A DNA stretch of 64,000 nt, from IMG/VR virus record IMGVR_UViG_3300042445_001604, positions 19,367 through 83,366 of that record; one strand, 5' to 3'. A program made the translations under genes and the position numbers. Below are positions 38,616-47,637 of this stretch, one piece after another. How positions within the stretch are numbered: the first letter of the stretch is position 1; each line of letters starts with the position of its first letter. The notes below the pieces were generated by a model. That model was not told the origin of the DNA. It saw nothing but the letters and a program-made list of their open reading frames with translations, and did not search any database. Origin of the DNA: a virus.

Positions 38616-38792
38616 TTAGCGGGTGACGGTCGCGCTGTCCAGCAATCGGCGAACAATCGCTTCAGCGGTGTCGCCGTCCGTTGCCCAGACGTCAACCCAG
38701 CCGAAACGGAAAAAGCGCAATGACGACATAGCGTCAATCTGCGCGATAGTGTTGTTCGACCAGATGACATATTCGGGAATGGTGTTGTCCAT
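38616..38792 (-). CDS. hypothetical protein (58 aa), paralog of 29062..29235
   Basis: YVIWS...FFRFGWVDVWAT. Confidence 0.8.
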   Translation of the reverse strand: MDNTIPEYVIWSNNTIAQIDAMSSLRFFRFGWVDVWATDGDTAEAIVRRLLDSATVTR

Positions 38793-38918
38793 TTTGTGTC
38801 CTTTGTTTGTGGTGACTTGCTTACAGTATGAGTATACCGCGTGTGTTTGTGTTTGTCAAGTTGTGGGGAGAGAGTGCGGGCGGGGAGATTATTCTCACCC
38901 GCCCGCGTAGCCACCACG

Positions 38919-39134
38919 CTACATCTTGATTGCGTAGACCTTCGTCTGACGCGCGTACCGAATAAGCGCAACCTTTACGCCTAGTTCGATTGAGTCCGAC
39001 TTGTTCGTCGCTTGTCCGTGTCCTGCCAGACCTTGTACGATAAAGTCCTTGTCCTCGTCCCAAGCCTTCTGAACTTCTGCTTGTGACTTGTAGTCGCGCC
39101 CGTAGGCGGGGACTAGATTTATTGTCGTGAACAT
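38919..39134 (-). CDS. hypothetical protein (71 aa)
   Basis: LVPAYGRDYKS motif; promoter and RBS. Confidence 0.8.
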   Translation of the reverse strand: MFTTINLVPAYGRDYKSQAEVQKAWDEDKDFIVQGLAGHGQATNKSDSIELGVKVALIRYARQTKVYAIKM

Positions 39135-39209
39135 TATGTTCCCTTCGTCGTGTGGTGTTTGGTATTTAGTTGTAGGTACAGTCTAGCGCATACTGCTCGA
39201 CTTGTCAAG

Positions 39210-39356
39210 TCAAGCGGGGAGTAAGTCCTCGAACGGGACGACCGCAAAATACGACTTGTCCCAATAGACCAGAGCCGTACCTGCGCTCGCGTCCTCAACT
39301 ACTTCTCCTACTGCCGTGAACGGGACGAGTCCCGTGTCGCCTATGTAGATGACCAT
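39210..39356 (-). CDS. hypothetical protein (48 aa)
   Basis: TTGACT..TAGAGT promoter, ACGACGAAGGGA RBS. Confidence 0.7.
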   Translation of the reverse strand: MVIYIGDTGLVPFTAVGEVVEDASAGTALVYWDKSYFAVVPFEDLLPA

Positions 39357-39582
39357 TGTGTTTCCCTTCGTCGTGTGGTGTGACTTGCTACTGCCACTCT
39401 ACTCTGACCGCAATCAAAAGTCAAGCGTCGCTGACGCGGGCGTGTCGTCACCGCGCACCGCGCTCGCTCAAAAAACCTATACTTTTGGACGGCGCAAGAG
39501 AATCCCCCGCGCGGACAAAGGGGAAACAAAACCGCGCGGGGGAAGTTTGGGGAGAGGGGACTTTCGTCCCCCCTCGGACGGC

Positions 39583-39870
39583 TTACGCCGTGACGAGAAC
39601 CGTGAAGTTCGTCGTCTTGGCGAGCGCGTTGTAAAGGTCGGCGTCGGCGTCCTTGAGGTCGCTTGCGCTGACGGTGACGCGCGTGCGCTCGCTCACCTTG
39701 AGGACGGTGACGCCCGCGAGGGTCGCAACCGTGGCGTCGCCGAGAATCTGGCGGATACGCGCCTCGGCGTCCTTCTTGGCGTTCTCCGCGTCGCGGATAA
39801 CCGCCTTGGCGTCCTCGAAGTCCTTGAGGGCTTTTGCGCCCTCGAGGTCGAGGGAGATGGTGTTCGTCAT
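39583..39870 (-). CDS. small coiled-coil protein, paralog family with 28377 and 42101
   Basis: Strong codon bias; C-terminal FTVLVTA identical to 42101..42394. Confidence 0.85.
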   Translation of the reverse strand: MTNTISLDLEGAKALKDFEDAKAVIRDAENAKKDAEARIRQILGDATVATLAGVTVLKVSERTRVTVSASDLKDADADLYNALAKTTNFTVLVTA

Positions 39871-40037
39871 TGTGGTAGTGCCTTTCGTTTGAGGGAGAGC
39901 CAATCTCGCCCTGTGATATCAGTATACATACGACCACGGACATTGTCAAGTCGAAACGCAAAAAACTTTTTTTATTTTTGACTTGACTTTGTCCGAGGAC
40001 TATGATACACTTATGGAACAACGACGAAAGGGAAAAA

Positions 40038-40145
40038 ATGAATTGCTCAACCTGCGAGAAGTCGCTCGAAACCGAAAACCACGAGCCTTGCGCTAATCTC
40101 CGATTTGCGCTCGCCATTCTCCAAGTTCCACTCCCCCGACGATAA
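40038..40145 (+). CDS. 35-aa Cys/His peptide, lone plus-strand cassette
   Basis: TTGACT-N17-TACACT promoter, ACGACGAAAGGGA RBS; MNCSTCEKSLETENHEPC... Confidence 0.65.
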   Translation: MNCSTCEKSLETENHEPCANLRFALAILQVPLPRR

Positions 40146-40295
40146 GGACGGCGCGAGCGGGCGGGCTTCGGCTCGCTCGCTTTCCCGCGCCCGCGCTCGG
40201 CGCGACAAAAGTACACCTTTTTTGAGCGAGTGCCCGCGCCCGCGAGCGGAAACGCGAAACGCCCGCACCTTTCGGCACGGGCGTCGCGTCGTCGG

Positions 40296-40481
40296 CTACT
40301 GAACGAACCAAGTCCCGACTTTGTTGCCATTCTCGTCCCGCGTCGTCCCGCCGATAATCGTCGAGCCGGGCGTGATGGAGAAATTGGCGACGGACTCCGC
40401 GACGCGCCGAATGGCGTCCGCGAGGTCGTGCTCGTCTTTCATTGCGTCATTCCCGAGGGAGATGGTGAGTTCGAACTTCAT
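40296..40481 (-). CDS. hypothetical protein (61 aa)
   Basis: MKFELTISLGNDA...RDENGNKVGTW; conserved RBS. Confidence 0.8.
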   Translation of the reverse strand: MKFELTISLGNDAMKDEHDLADAIRRVAESVANFSITPGSTIIGGTTRDENGNKVGTWFVQ

Positions 40482-40570
40482 TGTCTTACCTTTCGTCGTT
40501 GTGGTGTGTTGCTGTCTAACCATTGTAACACAGAGCGCGGACAAACACAAGTCTGCCCGCGCTCGGTGTG

Positions 40571-40768
40571 TCAAACGTCAGTCGAGTAGTCGAAAGACTG
40601 TTCGTGCGCTACGCCACAGTAGATACATTCCTCAACCGACGCGAGAGCGAATCCGCGCGGAAAGTATGTGTGAAGTGCGACCTGCGGGAAATAGTCATTC
40701 TCGTCCTCGGCGCACGCGCTAAAGATGAATTCCATTTCGTCTTGGTGAAGTGGCTCGTTGTTGTCCAT
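40571..40768 (-). CDS. hypothetical protein (65 aa)
   Basis: TTGCGA..TAGAGT promoter, conserved RBS. Confidence 0.75.
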   Translation of the reverse strand: MDNNEPLHQDEMEFIFSACAEDENDYFPQVALHTYFPRGFALASVEECIYCGVAHEQSFDYSTDV

Positions 40769-40962
40769 TGTGTTGCCTTTCGTCGTTGTGGTGTAGTACC
40801 ACTCTACCAGGGACTACCGACATTCGCAAGTCTGCCGAGCGTCGGCGCGTCGCCCCGCGCCCGCCAGCGGGCGAAAGTATACCTTTTTTGAGCGGGTGTC
40901 GGCGCGTGGCGGGCGACGGCGCGAGAAACGCGAGCGCGAGTTTCCCCGCGCCCGCGCGTCCC

Positions 40963-41379
40963 CTATTCCGCGTCCTCGTTGTTCGCGTCGAGCGTGAAAG
41001 TGAATACTCCCGTGCCCGTCGGCTCGTCGTGCGACCACCGCACGGCAGTCAGCGCAGTCCCGTCGAAACGGTATTCGATACGGTATTCCCCGTTGATAGT
41101 CATAGCCGAGTGAATATCCCGCGCCGATACCGACGCCCAGCCCGCGCGTCGTTGCCAGCCCATTCCCGTACCGTCAATACGGATAGTCGTCGCGTCGTCC
41201 GCGCCGATTACCGCGAGCCACGGCTTGTAGGCGTTCTCGATGAAGTCGTCCCACGCCGTGTCGTAGCACCCGAAACACTCCGTGCCGTCTGACGGGCGAA
41301 ACTCGCCAGTTTCCTCGTCGTAAATTTCACACTCGCACTCTGTGGTGAGTGTGACTGTGGTGAGCGTTGTTTCAGTCAT
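40963..41379 (-). CDS. hypothetical protein (138 aa)
   Basis: Conserved RBS; MGWQRRAG and SHDEPTG motifs. Confidence 0.8.
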   Translation of the reverse strand: MTETTLTTVTLTTECECEIYDEETGEFRPSDGTECFGCYDTAWDDFIENAYKPWLAVIGADDATTIRIDGTGMGWQRRAGWASVSARDIHSAMTINGEYRIEYRFDGTALTAVRWSHDEPTGTGVFTFTLDANNEDAE

Positions 41380-41432
41380 TCTGTCTTTCCTTTCGTCGTG
41401 TGGTGGTGCGTTGTCTTGCCAGTATAGCACAA

Positions 41433-41642
41433 TTACTTTCCGAGCGCAAGTCGCGCGTCCAATTTTGTTTCGATTAGTTTCAGCGTGAGAGCGTCCGCGC
41501 GTCCAGCGTCCGCGTAGGCGTATCCGCGTGAAGTGTCGTGCGCTTGGTGGATTACCGCACGATAAGTCCCGCCGACCTTGCCGAGATAGCGAACAACATA
41601 GTCCGCGCCCCTGTATGAGATAGTGACTTTGTGGTGTTTCAT
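41433..41642 (-). CDS. hypothetical protein (69 aa)
   Basis: ACAACGAAAGGA RBS. Confidence 0.7.
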   Translation of the reverse strand: MKHHKVTISYRGADYVVRYLGKVGGTYRAVIHQAHDTSRGYAYADAGRADALTLKLIETKLDARLALGK

Positions 41643-41814
41643 TGTCTTTCCTTTCGTTGTGTCTTGCGTGTATCTCCATTGTAGCGACGACCACGGACAC
41701 GAAACTAAATTGCCCGCGCGTCGTCCCGCGCGTCCCGCGCCACTCAAAAAACCTATACTTTCACCGCGCACGGCAGAAGCCCCACCCTTTCGGGTGAGGC
41801 GACCGCGCGAGGCG

Positions 41815-41994
41815 TTAGACCAGCGTCTGTGGCGCGACCGAGAAGTTCTCGATAAGGAATTCGTAGGCGCGAGCGCGACCCTCTGACCACTCTGCCATTA
41901 CGACCATACCGAGTTCCGCGTACCGCGCGGATTTGGTGCGGTTATCCTCTGCCATTTCTTTCAGAAGTGATAGGGGTACGGAGACCATTTCCAT
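41815..41994 (-). CDS. hypothetical protein (59 aa)
   Basis: TTGACA..TAGACT promoter, conserved RBS, terminator. Confidence 0.75.
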   Translation of the reverse strand: MEMVSVPLSLLKEMAEDNRTKSARYAELGMVVMAEWSEGRARAYEFLIENFSVAPQTLV

Positions 41995-42100
41995 TGTGTA
42001 TCCTTTCGTCGTGGTGTCGTTCATAAGTTCAGTCTAGCGCATTGTCCGCGCGTTGTCAAGTTGGGGAGAGAGGGCGCGTTTCCGCGCCCCCTCTGACCGC

Positions 42101-42394
42101 TTACGCGGTGACGAGGACGGTGAAGTCCGTGACCTTTGCGAGGCGGTTGTAGAGTGCTTCGTCCGCTTCTTTGACCGCGCTGGCGGTAATCGAAACGCGT
42201 GTCCGTGCGCTTACGCGAACGGCGGTGATGCCCGCAATCGTGCCAGCGGTAGCCGTGCCGAGAGCCTCGCGGATAACTGCTTCCGCTTCGGTCTTGACTG
42301 CTTCCGCTTCGCGGATAACGCGCTTCGCTTCCTCGAAGCGGTGGAGTGCGCTGACCGCTTCTAGGTCGAACGCGACGGTGGTCGTGGTGTCCAT
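42101..42394 (-). CDS. small coiled-coil protein, paralog family with 28377 and 39583
   Basis: High similarity to 39583..39870. Confidence 0.85.
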   Translation of the reverse strand: MDTTTTVAFDLEAVSALHRFEEAKRVIREAEAVKTEAEAVIREALGTATAGTIAGITAVRVSARTRVSITASAVKEADEALYNRLAKVTDFTVLVTA

Positions 42395-42642
42395 TCTGTA
42401 TTTCCTTTCGTTGAGGGAGAGCCAATCTCGCCCTATGTCATTGAGTTTAGCGTATGTCGTTTTGTTTGTCAAGTCCATTCGCAAACTTTCTTTATTGAGT
42501 TATGTCGAAAGTCTATCCGCGACCACGGACACGAAACTCGACCGCGCACGGCGACGGCGAAAAGTATACCTTTTTTGAGCGACCGCACGGCGCGGAAAAC
42601 GACGAACGCCCTGCCCTTTCGAGCAGAGCGTCCGCGCGTTGG

Positions 42643-42993
42643 TTAGGAGAGCGGTGCGCCAGCGTAGAGCAAGTCCGCGACCAATTCCGCGACCTGCTCG
42701 TCAGTCAGACCGAGAGTTTCGCCGTCGTCGTCCGCGCCACCCGTGATGATAGCGTTTCCGACGATTACATCTACCGCGCCGAACGCCGATACGAATAACC
42801 GAGTTGCGAGAACATTCGGCGCAAGTCCGTCGAGTTTCCCTTCCTCGTTTACCCAGAGCGTCAGACCGCTCGGAAGCGATACCGCTTCAATCATTCCGCC
42901 GACCGCACGAGAGAGCGTCGCGTATGACACAAACTCGTCCGTGTCCTGCTCGACCTCGACAGTGCTGTCGGTGGTCAGTACTACTGCTTTCAC
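42643..42993 (-). CDS. DUF3846-like protein
   Basis: LSRAVGGMIEAV...LWVNEEGKLDGLAPNVLAT...IVGNAIITG. Confidence 0.8.
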   Translation of the reverse strand: MKAVVLTTDSTVEVEQDTDEFVSYATLSRAVGGMIEAVSLPSGLTLWVNEEGKLDGLAPNVLATRLFVSAFGAVDVIVGNAIITGGADDDGETLGLTDEQVAELVADLLYAGAPLS

Positions 42994-43163
42994 TTTGTTT
43001 CCTTTCGTCGTGTGTTTGTCCTGCCCTATCAGTATAGCGACTATCTCGCCACTTGTCAAGTCTGACCGCACGATAGTTTTGCGGGCGCGTCGCCACTCAA
43101 AAAACCTATACTTTCGAGCGACGAAAAAAGGACGGGCGCTTTCGCGCCCGCCCCCGTCACCCG

Positions 43164-43301
43164 TTAGAGAAACTCAATCGGGTCGCGGTCCTCGAAAATA
43201 TCTTCGAGTTCCGAGAGCGAAAACCCGTCAGAGTTTTCCCAGAAGTCCGAGAGTGCTTCGCGGATACGGTCGCCCTGCTCGTCGGTCGTGTGCTTGTCCA
43301 T
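43164..43301 (-). CDS. 45-aa acidic peptide
   Basis: Conserved RBS; MDKHTTDEQ...ELEDIFEDRDPIEFL. Confidence 0.7.
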   Translation of the reverse strand: MDKHTTDEQGDRIREALSDFWENSDGFSLSELEDIFEDRDPIEFL

Positions 43302-43343
43302 TGTGTCACCGTCCTTTCGTCGTGTCGTGGTGTACTACCCACC

Positions 43344-43616
43344 TTACACTATGACGGTCGGTCTGTCAAGTTCACCCGTCAAGTGGTCGAGTTCGGTCAT
43401 CACCACGCCAGCACGGGCGAGTATCTGCCCGACGGTCACACCTAACGCGCTCGCCACCCGTTCGAGTAGTTCGCTGGACATTTCCTTTTTTCCGTGCTCG
43501 ACGTTGTTCAGGTGTCCGACGGCAACGTGAGCGAGCGACGCCACCGTTACTCCGTAGAGTTGTTGCTCGGTTCGCATTTCGCGTATCGTGTACCCGACGG
43601 CTTCTCTCATCAGCAT
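43344..43616 (-). CDS. XRE-family HTH regulator, ClgR-like
   Basis: MLMREAVGYTIREMR...HLNNVEHGKKEMSSELLERVASALGV resembles actinobacterial ClgR. Confidence 0.75.
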   Translation of the reverse strand: MLMREAVGYTIREMRTEQQLYGVTVASLAHVAVGHLNNVEHGKKEMSSELLERVASALGVTVGQILARAGVVMTELDHLTGELDRPTVIV

Positions 43617-43620
43617 ACGG

Positions 43621-43917
43621 TTACAATACCACGCGGTCGAGTGCGTCGTCGAAGAAGTCCTCGGCGAGTCCTGAGAAGGCGCTCGCCGTTGTGCTGAAAG
43701 AGTAGACGGCTCGGTCGGTCGAGTCGAGTACGCACTTGGCGAGTACCGCGCTTCGCGCAATCGCGTCGGGCAGACTGGCGTACCATTCGTCCCACGCGTT
43801 CACCACGCCGTCGTCCCACGCCAAACGGTAGCCGTTCTCACCGTCGTCGAGTTCGGTAATCGTCACCCGCGCGTCGTCCACGGGGAAGTCAATCAGAAGT
43901 TGCTCGTCGTATCCCAT
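43621..43917 (-). CDS. hypothetical acidic protein (98 aa)
   Basis: TAATG-coupled to the upstream gene. Confidence 0.75.
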   Translation of the reverse strand: MGYDEQLLIDFPVDDARVTITELDDGENGYRLAWDDGVVNAWDEWYASLPDAIARSAVLAKCVLDSTDRAVYSFSTTASAFSGLAEDFFDDALDRVVL

Positions 43918-44330
43918 TACTCGCCGTCCTTCCAAAGGTCGCCGTCCGCGCCGTAATGTTTCCAAAGCACCTCGGCTTGGGCAATCGCTTCGTCGAGTTC
44001 GTGAAAGACTTCGTTCAGGTCTTGGTCGCCGTCCTTGCGAGAGCAAACCTCAAACCACGGGTTGTTGTCCCAAATGAAGTAGTCCTCGCCCTTGTCCGCG
44101 AACGCTTGGAGTTCCGCGTCCGTGTTGATACCGAAGTCCCGCAGGTCGTCGGTGTACCGCACGACCGAGTATTCGTCGTCAGTTGATTTGCGAATGTTGA
44201 TTCGCATTTCACCATTCCGCGCGACATAGAAGCGCGGGTCGGGGAGAGTGCTGTCTTGCCAAACGATTTCGTAGTCGCTCGACCAAGTGTAGAAGCAAGC
44301 GTCTTGCTCGTACTGCTTGACTTCACTCAT
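43917..44330 (-). CDS. hypothetical acidic protein (137 aa)
   Basis: TAATG-coupled; WDNNPWFE motif. Confidence 0.8.
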   Translation of the reverse strand: MSEVKQYEQDACFYTWSSDYEIVWQDSTLPDPRFYVARNGEMRINIRKSTDDEYSVVRYTDDLRDFGINTDAELQAFADKGEDYFIWDNNPWFEVCSRKDGDQDLNEVFHELDEAIAQAEVLWKHYGADGDLWKDGE

Positions 44331-44467
44331 TAGTCCACCTCGCAGAAGTGGTTTGCCATTGAGATTTCGAGTTCCTCGGAAGTCGCGCCCTTGTCGTCCT
44401 TGCCACAGTTGTCGCAAGTCACCGCGTAGGTCACGCCCTCTGTCGGAGTGTGTGGGTTTAGTTCCAT
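44330..44467 (-). CDS. small CxxC..HxC protein (45 aa)
   Basis: Conserved RBS. Confidence 0.7.
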   Translation of the reverse strand: MELNPHTPTEGVTYAVTCDNCGKDDKGATSEELEISMANHFCEVD

Positions 44468-44546
44468 TGTGTTTCCTTTCGTCGTTTGTTTTTCCATTGT
44501 AGCAGGAAAGGGGACGGGACGCAAATCGCGCCCCGCCCCGCGTGTC

Positions 44547-44984
44547 TTACACGAACATCATTGAGGTTACGAGCGTGTCCTCTTTGTGGTCGTTGTGGTA
44601 CGAGGTCGTGGACTTCGAGAAGTCAACCTCGATACACCGCGCGTCAGTCAAGTTCCACTCCCACGCAATCCCGTAGCGGGTCAGCGCGGAGATGACGAGT
44701 TCGCCGTACACGGAGAGAGTTCCGTCGTCCGCGACCAAGCCGTCGTGGTTGAAGAAAACGGTACGCGCTTCGTGGTAGTCGTTTCCCGACTTGTGGTAAG
44801 CGTCGTCGCCCGAGATGTTCACGGACTGTCCCTGACCGCCGAACGACCAAATCGTGGCGGGGTTGGTGTGCTCACCGAGGTCGGCGCACGAACGGCAACA
44901 CGATACGACATTTCGTCGAACGCGAACGCCACCTGCGCGGAGTTCCTTGCTGAACTGCTTGACTCGAGTTTCGAGGTTTTCCAT
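44547..44984 (-). CDS. hypothetical protein with CCxxC motif (145 aa)
   Basis: TTGACA..TACAAT promoter, conserved RBS. Confidence 0.8.
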   Translation of the reverse strand: MENLETRVKQFSKELRAGGVRVRRNVVSCCRSCADLGEHTNPATIWSFGGQGQSVNISGDDAYHKSGNDYHEARTVFFNHDGLVADDGTLSVYGELVISALTRYGIAWEWNLTDARCIEVDFSKSTTSYHNDHKEDTLVTSMMFV

Positions 44985-45071
44985 TTTGTTTCCTTTCGTC
45001 GTGTGTCTTGCTGTTCTTTTATTGTAGCACAGGTGACGGACATTTGTCAAGTCCGCCACCCGCGCGTGTCG

Positions 45072-45236
45072 CTAGACGATTTCGTCCGCGTAGTCAATCG
45101 TGAACTCTCCACCAACCGCGTCGAACTCGTCCATTGACATTCCACGAGCAATCTCAATCGCTTCGTCTGGGTCGTTGGCTTCGACAGTTGTGTTGTAGTT
45201 CACAATCCGCGTTGCTGTGATTTCGTACTTTGCCAT
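45072..45236 (-). CDS. DpnD/PcfM-like small protein (54 aa)
   Basis: MAKYEITATR...VEANDPDEAIEIAR pattern; promoter and RBS. Confidence 0.7.
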   Translation of the reverse strand: MAKYEITATRIVNYNTTVEANDPDEAIEIARGMSMDEFDAVGGEFTIDYADEIV

Positions 45237-45386
45237 TGTGGCTTCCTTTCGTCGTTGTAGTCAGTATAGCAGTTATCCCCGACAAGTCAAATTCATTTTG
45301 CTCGGCGCGTCGTGGTCGAAAAAGTATACCTTTTTTGAGCGAGGCGCGAACGGGCGAAGCGGGCTTCCGCCCGCCCCGCGCGTTGG

Positions 45387-45746
45387 CTATCGGTTCATCT
45401 CGAAAGACGGGTCGCACTTGTAGCAGTACGCTTCGTACCCGTCGCGGTCAATCGGCTTCCCGCAGTCGTCGCAGAGGATACCAGCGGTGAACGGTTCTAC
45501 CGCGCTTTTCATCTGGACGGCTTCCACCCAGTCGGCTTCGACGGTCTGCTCGGAGAAGCACGACGGGCAGAGAAGTCGTCCGTCGTCGGTCAGCGTTTGC
45601 TCGCCAAAGAAGTTCGCGCAGTCCACGCAGTCAAAGATGAATACGAGGTTCTTGCGCTCGCCGTCTTTAAGTTCGGTCTGGTACTGAAACCAGTCCGTGT
45701 CGCAGGTCACGCAGTCGAAGTTGTTCCAGTCGTGTTGGTGTGTCAT
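45387..45746 (-). CDS. multi-CxxC Zn-finger protein (119 aa)
   Basis: Five CxxC pairs; conserved RBS. Confidence 0.8.
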   Translation of the reverse strand: MTHQHDWNNFDCVTCDTDWFQYQTELKDGERKNLVFIFDCVDCANFFGEQTLTDDGRLLCPSCFSEQTVEADWVEAVQMKSAVEPFTAGILCDDCGKPIDRDGYEAYCYKCDPSFEMNR

Positions 45747-45836
45747 TGTGCTTCCTTTCGTCGTGTGTTTGTGTTGCTATCTCTCTATCATAGCCACGAG
45801 AGGCGAGGTTGTCAAGTCCTCGCCCCTCGCGTGTCG

Positions 45837-46205
45837 CTATGCCCAGACGATAGTTGCGTTCTGAACGCCGTCCTTTGTGAACCGCCACATCTCGCCGTCC
45901 TCGCCACGGAACGACATTGCGCTATCGCCTATCGCGTGACGGAGAATGGTGTGGAGAAACACTTCGGTAATCGTGTGCCACTTGCTGTCGAAAGCGTTGA
46001 GAACGAACTCGTCGCTGTCGTACATAAAGTCGAACCCCCTCGCCAATACTTCCTGTTCGAGGTCAGTCGGAATGTCCACCGACCACATAGCCATTTCCGA
46101 GTTGTTGTGCTCCTCGTATGTCTTGGCGAGGTCGGCAAGTACCGCTTCTTTTTGGTCGGTGGGGATAATGATGTTCCCCTCGTGATGAACTGCGTAGTAA
46201 CCCAT
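45837..46205 (-). CDS. hypothetical protein (122 aa)
   Basis: FRGEDGEMWRF motif; conserved RBS. Confidence 0.8.
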   Translation of the reverse strand: MGYYAVHHEGNIIIPTDQKEAVLADLAKTYEEHNNSEMAMWSVDIPTDLEQEVLARGFDFMYDSDEFVLNAFDSKWHTITEVFLHTILRHAIGDSAMSFRGEDGEMWRFTKDGVQNATIVWA

Positions 46206-46291
46206 TGTGTATCCTTTCGTCGTTTGTTTGGTGCTGTCTGACTATGGTAGCACGATTGGGCGCGGAAGTCAAACTCCCACGCCCCACCGTG

Positions 46292-46828
46292 TTATCCGTC
46301 CTCGCCCAGAGCCTCGTCGCGCAAGCGAATGTGCTCGGCTAGGTCGTCGGGGTCAATGTCGGTTGTGTACCCACACTCGTCGCACGATACCGTTTCGGCT
46401 TCGAGGTTCACCGTGCCCATAGTTCCCTCGTGCTGGCAGGTGACGGTGAGAGGCGGGTTGAGGTATCGGTTCGCAATGGCGCTCGCCGTACCAGCGCGTT
46501 GCTCGTCGGTTGCGTTCTCGACCTCTGCCCAGTCCTCGTCCGTCCACTCGCTCGTGTCAATGACTTCGAGGTTTTGTGCCGTGCCGAATGAACCGTCGGT
46601 GGCGAAATAGGTGCTCGCCCGTTCGGGTATGAGAAGGTGTCCCAGTTTCGCGCTGACGCGACTATCGAACTCGTCCTCGCCGTCACCGTCGGGGCGTACC
46701 CACTCCTCGCTGTCGTTGTCCCACCACGACGCCGTGCCAATGCGTGACATTAGCAGTTCGTCGTCCACCCAGAAGTTGCCGTTCTCGGTGTCGTAAAAGA
46801 CCGTGAAGTAAATCTGCTTGCTCGCCAT
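46292..46828 (-). CDS. acidic hypothetical protein (178 aa)
   Basis: AGGAGA RBS; operon with two upstream small genes. Confidence 0.8.
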   Translation of the reverse strand: MASKQIYFTVFYDTENGNFWVDDELLMSRIGTASWWDNDSEEWVRPDGDGEDEFDSRVSAKLGHLLIPERASTYFATDGSFGTAQNLEVIDTSEWTDEDWAEVENATDEQRAGTASAIANRYLNPPLTVTCQHEGTMGTVNLEAETVSCDECGYTTDIDPDDLAEHIRLRDEALGEDG

Positions 46829-46830
46829 TG

Positions 46831-47007
46831 TTACTTCTCCTCTGCTTTGTATTCGTCAAGGAAACGGAGAACGAAAAGGTATGCTTCCTCTGCGCCCTTT
46901 GCGTATGAGTAGTCAAGACCGTCGCCGTCAAGGTCGGTGTCCTGTTGTTCCGTAGCAAAGATATCTGCTTGTCGCGTGAGAAAGTCACGCAGTTCTTGTT
47001 CATTCAT
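46831..47007 (-). CDS. hypothetical protein (58 aa)
   Basis: MNEQELRDFL...; fills the operon gap, GAAGGA RBS. Confidence 0.7.
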   Translation of the reverse strand: MNEQELRDFLTRQADIFATEQQDTDLDGDGLDYSYAKGAEEAYLFVLRFLDEYKAEEK

Positions 47008-47009
47008 TG

Positions 47010-47156
47010 TTACTGTCCTTCCGTGAGTTGGTTGTAGATGTTCTCGAACGCCTCGCGCGCAAACTGGTCGGGGTCGTTCTCGTCGAGGAACTGACCAATA
47101 AAGCCAGTCAGAATGTCCGCGTGGATTTCGGGGACGGTGATGTTGATGTTATTCAT
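47010..47156 (-). CDS. hypothetical protein (48 aa)
   Basis: TTGACA..TATGAT promoter, conserved RBS. Confidence 0.75.
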   Translation of the reverse strand: MNNINITVPEIHADILTGFIGQFLDENDPDQFAREAFENIYNQLTEGQ

Positions 47157-47236
47157 TTGCTTTCCTTTCGTCGTTTGGATAGTTCTATCATAGCGAACGC
47201 GAGGGCGAATGTCAAGTCCGCCCCCGCGTGTTGCCA

Positions 47237-47560
47237 TTAGGTCAAGTCGGACTTGGTGCTGTACGCCCACATAGCGCCGACCTGTGCTTCCAAGAAGTCA
47301 CGCGCCAAACTCTCAATCGCGTCACGGAAGTCGGCAAGCCCATTGTTTGCCCACGCGCCCCACACAGTAATGCTGTCGTTGTCAATAGCGTCTGCGAGCG
47401 TGTAGTAGTCCTTTTCCAGCACCTCGTCAATGCGCTCGTGGATAGCGTCCCAGCCAGCGGACGGGTCGCTGAACAACTGACCAAGAGCGTAGCCCTGTGA
47501 AAGTTCCGTGTAGAAACTCTGCTGTTCAGGTGTGAGTGTGTTCCAGAAATCGTAATTCAT
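47237..47560 (-). CDS. hypothetical protein (107 aa)
   Basis: TTGACT..TATTAT promoter, conserved RBS. Confidence 0.8.
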   Translation of the reverse strand: MNYDFWNTLTPEQQSFYTELSQGYALGQLFSDPSAGWDAIHERIDEVLEKDYYTLADAIDNDSITVWGAWANNGLADFRDAIESLARDFLEAQVGAMWAYSTKSDLT

Positions 47561-47637
47561 TTTGTATCCTTTCGTCGTTTGTGTTTTTATAATAGCAGGT
47601 TTGGGTGGCGAAGTCAAATCCTCGCCACCCGCGCCTG

